Assembly: GCA_020631865.1 (NCBI GenBank)
Contig: JACKGS010000003.1
Span: 45,098-69,097, forward strand
Length of the DNA: 24,000 nucleotides
Source: Candidatus Nomurabacteria bacterium
GTDB lineage: Bacteria; Patescibacteriota; Saccharimonadia; Saccharimonadales; UBA7683
Direction of reading: 5' to 3'
The translations under genes and the position numbers were made by a program. This document shows positions 9,385 to 14,305 of the stretch, one piece after another. The notes beneath the pieces are model-generated. The model searched no databases and had not been told where the DNA came from. It saw only the letters and a list, made by a program, of their open reading frames with translations. Positions within the stretch are counted from its first letter, which is position 1; each line of letters starts with the position of its first letter.

Positions 9385-9495
9385 GGGTGAACCAAAACCA
9401 TCAAGGCAGTATTCGCCCATAAGATATAAGGTTTTTATTCTTTTTAATTGAATATCTTAAGGGGAATCTCCACCCTGACAGTTTTGGTTCATCCC
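9385..9495. repeat. 111-bp segment bounded by 11-14-bp inverted repeats (MITE-like element or regulatory hairpin)
   Basis: gggtgaaccaaaac (9385-9398) and gttttggttcatccc (9481-9495) are reverse complements over 11 contiguous bp, or 14 bp with one bulge. The segment lies just upstream of the minus-strand gene starting at 9342. Confidence 0.4.
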
Positions 9496-9702
9496 GAAGC
9501 CCTTTCTTTAAGAAAGAGCATTAATGCACCTCTCAGAAATGCTTCTTGACCTCTGTAATCCACTGCGCAAAGCTGCCTTTTTCGGTGCAATATTCAACAC
9601 AGTGCCGACCTACGCAGAAATAAACTTGAGAACCAATAAAATAAGCTCGCTACCAGAGGTAAACGAGCTGTTTCTTATTCGGACTTCTTTAAAATCCACG
9701 TA

Positions 9703-9721
9703 TGGTGATCCCGGCGGGATA
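9703..9721 (-). repeat. tRNA-3'-end-like 19-mer, copy 1 (att-like)
   Basis: tggtgatcccggcgggata is the reverse complement of TATCCCGCCGGGATCACCA. That reads as T-stem 3' strand, acceptor 3' strand, discriminator and CCA. It matches 13319-13337 at 18 of 19 positions. No cloverleaf is attached. Confidence 0.6.
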
Positions 9722-9866
9722 AACGCTTCGCTACTCTCTACGGCACTTACTCGAAGCAAGCTTCTGCGTCAGCACCTTGCGATCGAACCTCGAGGGTTCG
9801 GACTCTCTGCGAGAGCTAACCAAGTAAAAACCCCAGTCTTTTGACCGAGGCACTTGCTTGGTGACC
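9703..9866 (-). ncRNA. candidate structured RNA, copy 1 (unknown family)
   Basis: Hairpins present are cgaacc/ggttcg, ctctc/gagag, and a long composite hairpin ccaagta..ccccagtc-tttt-gaccgagg..tgcttgg. Two mismatches in the inner stem become G-U pairs only in the minus-strand transcript. The architecture and length match copy 2. Confidence 0.25.
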
Positions 9867-9994
9867 TCAAGAGTATCAATTTAGAACACCTTTTTGATGA
9901 TCTCTTTAGGCTTAAGAAGAAGTTCGAAGCACTCGGTATGGTAATTAAAGACAACCGGGTTTATATACCTGACTCGGCGGAACGTGATAGTTAG
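9854..9994 (+). CDS. small conserved peptide ORF or gene remnant, copy 1 (LGDLKSINLEHLFDDLFRLKKKFEALGMVIKDNRVYIPDSAERDS)
   Basis: It is similar at the protein level to the C-terminus of ORF 13388..13615, with synonymous and conservative codon changes (Leu ctt/ttg, Gly ggt/ggc, Asp gac/gat, Pro cct/ccg). A possible TTG start lies at 9854. It is in frame with ORF 9524..9844 across a single TGA. Confidence 0.3.
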   Translation: MLGDLKSINLEHLFDDLFRLKKKFEALGMVIKDNRVYIPDSAERDS

Positions 9995-10031
9995 CTTCAG
10001 CACAACAATGTCGAGTTTAAGCAAAATGCCC

Positions 10032-10202
10032 TAAGAGTCAGCGGACAGAGAAGCCGGCGTTACGATCATTGTTGTCAGCCGGGTTAACTTCATCAGCGTT
10101 GAAGTTCGCGTTGAAAGCATTGTCCGCAGAATCCGGGTGAGCCGAGGCCGCCCAAAAGTTGCCGTTGTCACCCTGGTTGTCGAACTCGCCGTTCCAGTTG
10201 CC
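10032..10202 (-). repeat. DGR template repeat (TR), non-coding
   Basis: It aligns over 171 nt without gaps to 11624-11794. All 24 differences are at plus-strand T, which is sense-strand A, in this copy. The sense strand has 13 AAY codons in the VR frame and an in-frame TGA, so this copy is not translated. Confidence 0.9.
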
Positions 10203-10443
10203 AGAAATCGCAGAAGTCCCGGGACGGCGCGCGCTTGTTAATACTGCTCCCTGTATTGCACTCAGCGTACCGAGTACAAGCAGACCCTGGTGGCGCTTCC
10301 TGTAATAGAACTAGCCGAGATACTAATCAAAGCTAGTGAGTATTGTCTCTTAGGTATGCTTGTCGGGTTGGCGATTCATCAGTCAACCAGCTATATATGA
10401 GCCACCAAGAGTTGTCTGCTCTTGCGCCAAACCAAGCACACTT

Positions 10444-11529
10444 TTATTGTACACCCCGAGCAATATCTACCATTTTCAGCAAGCGGCAATGCTTGTAGTG
10501 TTTTACCAGCCCCTTGTATGAGGCTTCGGTTTCCGGTGAGCAGTCTGCATTGGACAGTGCAGCTACCAAATTATGTTTCAAACGCTTACCGGGATGCAAC
10601 CGAAATGGATAGACAACAGCGCCAAGAAAGGCGACGCCCTTGTTGCACTCTTGTAAATGTCGTTTGCGCGGATGCAAAACTAGGCTCAGCTCACTGCTAA
10701 CATATCTCTCGATAACCTTACTGGCTTCTACCAGCTCTGCTTTGTTGGTAGAGATGAGGTAGAAATCATCTACGTAGCGTCCATAGTGCTTAAAGCCAAG
10801 CTCAAATGTTACAAATCGATCAAGTTGATCCAGGTAGATATTGCTCAGCAGCTGCGAGGTCAGGTTGCCAATAGCCACACCGCGACCAAGAGGCTGGTGA
10901 AACAAGCTTTTGCTCGGCGGCAGGCCTTTCCAGGCGCTGCGCGGACAGTTGAACACCGCGTCTTTGAGGGGATCATTAAAGATAATGACTTTCCATAAGA
11001 ACTTGCACAGTTGGTAGACATAACCTTTATCTGGGAATTGCCTATCCAGCCCCCACATGGCCCTTTTATAGAGTTTTTTACGATCTAAGCTCATAAAGTA
11101 CCCCTGGAGATCAAGCTTGAGTATGTAGGCTGGCCGAGTATAATTACGGCTCACCGAGCGGATGTGATGATCCAAACGGCGAATACCGTAGAGCGTGCCT
11201 TTACCGATACGGCAGCTGTAGTTATCTTCAATAAATCGGGCGTCCCACCACTTGCTGACTTGGTTGAACAGAAAGTGGTGTACCACTCTGTCACGGAAGG
11301 CGGCGGCGAATATCTCCCGCTTGACAGGCTTGTTCACGATGAACGCCGTAGATGGCCGCGGTACGTACCTGCGCGAGTGAATTTCTTTGGCCAGTGCTGC
11401 AAGTTCAGACTCCGCGATAGCATCGAACTTTTCTACCTCGGGCTTTTTAGTCTTGCCGCGCCGGGCATCGAGGTAGGCTTTTTTGAGCTCTTTGGCAAGC
11501 CAGTCAGCGCGTTTGTCTGGTGTGTTCAT
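10444..11529 (-). CDS. DGR-type reverse transcriptase
   Basis: The 361-aa ORF carries REIFAAAFRDRVVHH, LDLQGYF, AIGNLTSQLLSNIYL (the DGR-typical [ILV]GxxxSQ motif) and the catalytic RYVDDFYLI (YxDD). It has no maturase or endonuclease extension. It sits between VR and TR. Confidence 0.9.
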   Translation of the reverse strand: MNTPDKRADWLAKELKKAYLDARRGKTKKPEVEKFDAIAESELAALAKEIHSRRYVPRPSTAFIVNKPVKREIFAAAFRDRVVHHFLFNQVSKWWDARFIEDNYSCRIGKGTLYGIRRLDHHIRSVSRNYTRPAYILKLDLQGYFMSLDRKKLYKRAMWGLDRQFPDKGYVYQLCKFLWKVIIFNDPLKDAVFNCPRSAWKGLPPSKSLFHQPLGRGVAIGNLTSQLLSNIYLDQLDRFVTFELGFKHYGRYVDDFYLISTNKAELVEASKVIERYVSSELSLVLHPRKRHLQECNKGVAFLGAVVYPFRLHPGKRLKHNLVAALSNADCSPETEASYKGLVKHYKHCRLLKMVDIARGVQ

Positions 11530-11550
11530 GTCAGCTAGATTTCTTTCGGA

Positions 11551-11618
11551 GCAACCCAGTCGACTCGACGGGTTCGGTCGTGGTCACTCCCTCACGCCAG
11601 CTTCGCTTAGTGGGTTGC
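11551..11618 (-). promoter_or_regulatory. stem-loop in the 88-nt target-RT intergenic region, immediately 3' of VR
   Basis: gcaaccca (11551-11558) pairs with tgggttgc (11611-11618, overlapping the target stop codon). The enclosed 52 nt contain smaller GC-rich palindromes, gtcgactcgac and cgacgggttcggtcg. Confidence 0.35.
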
Positions 11619-13033
11619 TACTGTAAGAGACAGCGGACAGAGAAGCCGGCGTAACGAACATTGTAGGCAGCCGGGTGAACTTCAACAGCGCCGAAGCCCG
11701 CGAAGAAAGCATAGTCCGCAGAATCCGGGTGAGCCGAGGCCGCCCAAAAGACGCCGTAGACACCCTGGTAGCCGAACTCGCCGACCCAGAGGCCCGAGAA
11801 GACCCCTTTAAAGGCACCGTTATACTGCCACTGGGCAATGTTGGGTTCGCCACTATATGCAGGAGCACCGGTACCACCAAAGGCAATGTCGAGGTCAGAG
11901 AAGTCGCCGGAGTAGACATCTTCTCCTTCGTCATCATCCCAGATCTGTGAAGCGGTCGGTAATCGCCAGTTGGCCGGGCAGATAGAGTACGGGGCATCAC
12001 CGTCTTCTTCGGTGTGGGAGGTTCTGGATTCACCGGCTGTGGCCGCAGACCAGTTGTAGAGGTAGCCGTAGTTGGTAGCACCACTGCCAGTGTCACCGGG
12101 GATTGGGCCGTAGACGAAAGGTGTATCGAAGAGGTTATCTTCGTCTTCCTGAGTATCCATAGGGGGATTGTCGGTAATCTGTGGCAGGGTCAGGTTACTG
12201 GCAATGTTGGTATCGCTTGGGGTCAGCGTCATGGTGGATGTGGTAGAACCAAGTTTGAGGTTCTGAAGCATCCAGCAGTTACCATCGGCTAGTTTGGCGA
12301 CTTGGTAGGTTTGGGTGGTGCCACCACGACTGTCGGTGAGTTCTATGACTGCTTCTTCATTGCTACCAGTGTAGGTAGCAAGGGCATCACATTGCTGAGG
12401 AGTAAAGCTTTGCATGGTTGCACTAGTTGCACCGTTGTCGGTGATGGCGTAGGCAAGCTTGAGATCTTTCTTGCCTGCAGTTACAGTGCTGTCAATGGTG
12501 AAATCTAACGTTACTTCGGTTGTGTCGTTGGAAGTGGCAGTTTCGGTGGTTTTGAGAGTCAGAGCTGGGTCGCCAGCGCCAAGTACTGTGCTCGTAGCTA
12601 TATCGCCACCCTTGAGCTTGATACTAATACCAGGTTCAGCTGCGGTTAGGGCTGCGGTCAGGGTATAGCCGCCTTCGTTAGCGGTGCCGGTAGTGAGGGT
12701 AGTTGTGGTACTGGCGGTACCACCACCCTCCGGGACGGTAACAGTGAGAGCCTCTTGGTTAGCGCCAATACTGAGGGTGGGAGCAGCGGAGATGGAACTA
12801 CTGAGAGGACTGAGCGTGAGGCTGGCGGTGAAGAGTGCGAGGAGGAAGAAGCTGCCCATACCACGGAAGTTGAGTTTATGCGAACGGCGGGAGAGGTAGC
12901 GCCAACTGAAGATGCTGGAAGCTATGAGAGCGAGGGCTGTAGCGAGGAGCGGTAAGAGTGATATGCCTGTTGAAGCGAGACCATCTCCCCCGATGATGAT
13001 GTTGATCGTTTGGGTAAGTGTTTGGGTTTCCAT
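11618..13033 (-). CDS. DGR target protein: secreted or surface protein with a Thr/Ala/Gly-rich beta region and a C-terminal lectin-like (Fibrobacter-succinogenes-major-paralogous / C-type-lectin-fold-like) variable domain
   Basis: The N-terminus has hydrophobic segments with a signal-peptide-like FLLALFTASLTLSPLSSSISA-AP. Domain landmarks are YQVAKLADGNCWMLQNLKLG, YGYLYNWSAAT, ICPANWRLPT and the terminal AGFSVRCLLQ. The last 57 codons are the VR. An AGAGGA sequence lies 5 nt before the ATG. Confidence 0.85.
   Translation of the reverse strand: METQTLTQTINIIIGGDGLASTGISLLPLLATALALIASSIFSWRYLSRRSHKLNFRGMGSFFLLALFTASLTLSPLSSSISAAPTLSIGANQEALTVTVPEGGGTASTTTTLTTGTANEGGYTLTAALTAAEPGISIKLKGGDIATSTVLGAGDPALTLKTTETATSNDTTEVTLDFTIDSTVTAGKKDLKLAYAITDNGATSATMQSFTPQQCDALATYTGSNEEAVIELTDSRGGTTQTYQVAKLADGNCWMLQNLKLGSTTSTMTLTPSDTNIASNLTLPQITDNPPMDTQEDEDNLFDTPFVYGPIPGDTGSGATNYGYLYNWSAATAGESRTSHTEEDGDAPYSICPANWRLPTASQIWDDDEGEDVYSGDFSDLDIAFGGTGAPAYSGEPNIAQWQYNGAFKGVFSGLWVGEFGYQGVYGVFWAASAHPDSADYAFFAGFGAVEVHPAAYNVRYAGFSVRCLLQ
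11624..11794 (-). repeat. DGR variable repeat (VR) inside the target gene 3' end
   Basis: This is the partner of TR (coordinate offset 1592). It encodes GLWVGEFGYQGVYGVFWAASAHPDSADYAFFAGFGAVEVHPAAYNVRYAGFSVRCLL. TR in the same frame encodes GNWNGEFDNQGDNGNFWAASAHPDSADNAFNANFNADEVNPADNNDRNAGFSVR*LL. Confidence 0.9.
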
Positions 13034-13250
13034 GTGTTCCTCTGCTCTCTTTACTTTTCTTATGTCTGCTGTACTTGAGTGTAATGAGTGGATAGCAAAA
13101 TGGTAAGAAATTGCTTAATCCATTGTTTTTGCTTCCACTTCACCTCACTATATTAATACTGCTTACGTATATTCTACATCATTATGAACGGAATGCAAGC
13201 AGTTTAGTACCCCCGCGGGGTTAAAACTCCATCCTACGTAGGTAATGTAC

Positions 13251-13286
13251 AAAAAAGAATGTGTTCTTAGATATATTTAAGAACAC
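13251..13286 (-). terminator. Rho-independent terminator-like hairpin (minus strand)
   Basis: A 9-bp stem gtgttctta/taagaacac (13261-13269 / 13278-13286) encloses an 8-nt loop. On the minus strand it is followed by AUUCUUUUUU (13251-13260). It lies 33 nt downstream of the CCA-like end at 13319 and upstream of the DGR target promoter region. Confidence 0.5.
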
Positions 13287-13318
13287 TTTCTTATCTGTGA
13301 TTTATCTGATTTTATGCT

Positions 13319-13337
13319 TGGTGACCCCGGCGGGATA
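13319..13337 (-). repeat. tRNA-3'-end-like 19-mer, copy 2 (att-like)
   Basis: tggtgaccccggcgggata is the reverse complement of TATCCCGCCGGGGTCACCA. It matches 9703-9721 at 18 of 19 positions. Confidence 0.6.
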
Positions 13338-13490
13338 GCGGACTTTGTCCTTTTCCGCTTAGACATGCTCGGAGTTAACTCCTGCGCGTGTCTGCGCTAC
13401 ACCGTACCCGCTTCGCGTGTTTCGGTTCTCGTAGAGAACCACCAATAAAATACCCCACCGCAAGGGTGAGGTATTTTATTGGTGAGCCCA
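13319..13490 (-). ncRNA. candidate structured RNA, copy 2 (unknown family)
   Basis: An 18-bp hairpin ccaataaaataccccacc-gcaag-ggtgaggtattttattgg has one C-A mismatch on the plus strand that becomes G-U on the minus strand. Other hairpins are the 7-bp ggttctc-gta-gagaacc, ggag-ttaa-ctcc inside agaca..tgtct, and gcgga..tccgc. The element ends in the CCA-like 19-mer and is followed by the terminator at 13251-13286. Confidence 0.3.
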
Positions 13491-13615
13491 CTAGTATTAA
13501 TTTAGAACACCTTTTTGATGATCTCTTTAAGTTGCGAGATAGGTTCAAAGCACTAGGCATGGAGATTAAAGATGGCAAAGTGTATTTGCCGGATTTGGAG
13601 ACTGATCATGTTTAA
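13478..13615 (+). CDS. small conserved peptide ORF or gene remnant, copy 2 (IGEPTSINLEHLFDDLFKLRDRFKALGMEIKDGKVYLPDLETDHV)
   Basis: This is a homologue of 9854..9994. The frame is open from 13379 and the ORF track uses GTG 13388. No canonical start lies next to the conserved part, so the 5' end is uncertain. Its stop overlaps the PLD gene start as ATGTTTAA. Confidence 0.35.
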   Translation: MGEPTSINLEHLFDDLFKLRDRFKALGMEIKDGKVYLPDLETDHV

Positions 13616-14072
13616 TTATCGTGGTTCGATCTCAGGACTTTATGACCAAAACACATTTGATGGGCAATTTCTAAAAGACATTGCTAGGGCACGTAGCAGT
13701 CTGGTGATTGAAAGCCCATTTATCAGGTTGGGTAGGGTAGAGCAACTATTGTCTGTAATAGCTAAGCTCCGTCGCCGCGGAGTGACTGTGATTATCAACA
13801 CCCGAAGCCCTAAGGAGCATGACAATGTCTACGAAACTCAGGCTGAAGAAGCTATTGAAATGCTCCAGAATTTAGGCGTAACGGTACTATTTACTGTGAA
13901 ACACCACCGTAAATTAGCAGTTATTGATGGTGAGGTGTTTTATGAAGGGAGTCTTAATATTCTCTCCTACTATGATAGTTGTGAGATAATGAGACGAACG
14001 GTATCACCAAGTGAAGCCGAGGTACTCCTACGATTCATTGGACTGCAAAAATACCTAACGAAAGCGAGCTAG
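13608..14072 (+). CDS. PLD/HKD-superfamily nuclease-like protein (single HKD domain)
   Basis: HHRKLAVIDGEVFYEGSLNI fits HxK(x)4D(x)6GSxN exactly. It is about 155 aa, the size of Nuc-type single-domain members. I prefer the start at ATG 13608 (MFNYRGS...); the track start at 13572 adds a Cys/Trp-rich leader. Confidence 0.75.
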   Translation: MFNYRGSISGLYDQNTFDGQFLKDIARARSSLVIESPFIRLGRVEQLLSVIAKLRRRGVTVIINTRSPKEHDNVYETQAEEAIEMLQNLGVTVLFTVKHHRKLAVIDGEVFYEGSLNILSYYDSCEIMRRTVSPSEAEVLLRFIGLQKYLTKAS

Positions 14073-14074
14073 CT

Positions 14075-14302
14075 ATGGACGATGTAGATATATTCAAAGA
14101 TAAACACCTGTATGAAGATGAGGAAACTATCATCAAGACGATCAATTATTTGAAGCTAAACGACCCAGAAAATGCTAATCGTGAATATGCCATTGGTTTT
14201 CTTAAATTCATGCAACGATTCGCATTCCACGCCGAAAAAGTTGGCGAACTGAATTACGACGACTTTTTTCAGAAGTATAAACAATCAAAAAGTGACATCT
14301 AA
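14075..14302 (+). CDS. small acidic hypothetical protein
   Basis: The 75-aa ORF starts 2 nt after the PLD gene stop. I recognise no motif. Confidence 0.45.
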   Translation: MDDVDIFKDKHLYEDEETIIKTINYLKLNDPENANREYAIGFLKFMQRFAFHAEKVGELNYDDFFQKYKQSKSDI

Positions 14303-14305
14303 ACG

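Larger units (their letters stand above)
10032..13033 (-). mobile_element. diversity-generating retroelement cassette (target/VR - RT - TR)
   Basis: This is the combination of the three features above on one strand within 3 kb. Confidence 0.9.

Noticed and set aside
9524-9844. 106-aa plus-strand ORF (MHLSEMLL...)
   Set aside because: It runs straight through the att-like 19-mer (giving the GDPGGI translation typical of tRNA-derived sequence) and the hairpin-rich core. It has no recognisable domain and no ribosome-binding site. I kept it only as context for the in-frame TGA observation.
9703-9866. Possible complete tRNA or tmRNA genes at the two tRNA-3'-end-like 19-mers (also 13319-13490)
   Set aside because: I found no 5' acceptor strand complementary to CGGG(A/G)UC, and no canonical T-loop (the sequence before CCCGC is ..GCUAU / ..GUUUAU rather than GGUUCGAAU). 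I also found no anticodon arm and no tmRNA-like 5' GGGG start or tag ORF. I tested a model of a tRNA with an intron in the T-loop for copy 1 and the stems did not pair.
10444-11529. Reverse transcriptase as a group II intron or retron RT
   Set aside because: It has no maturase (X) or endonuclease domain and there are no flanking intron domain V/VI-like structures. No msr/msd-type inverted repeats are present. The adenine-specific TR/VR pair and the GxxxSQ motif identify it as a DGR RT.
10422-13106. Numerous 60-170-aa ORFs on both strands (e.g. 10422-10700, 10786-10998, 11164-11538, 11584-12096, 11675-11950, 12014-12292, 12302-12508, 12459-12668, 12658-12864, 12684-12899, 12755-12955, 12912-13106)
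   Set aside because: All of them overlap the RT or target genes and have Arg/Ala/Gly/Pro-rich low-information translations. They are the expected by-product of high GC content in this block.
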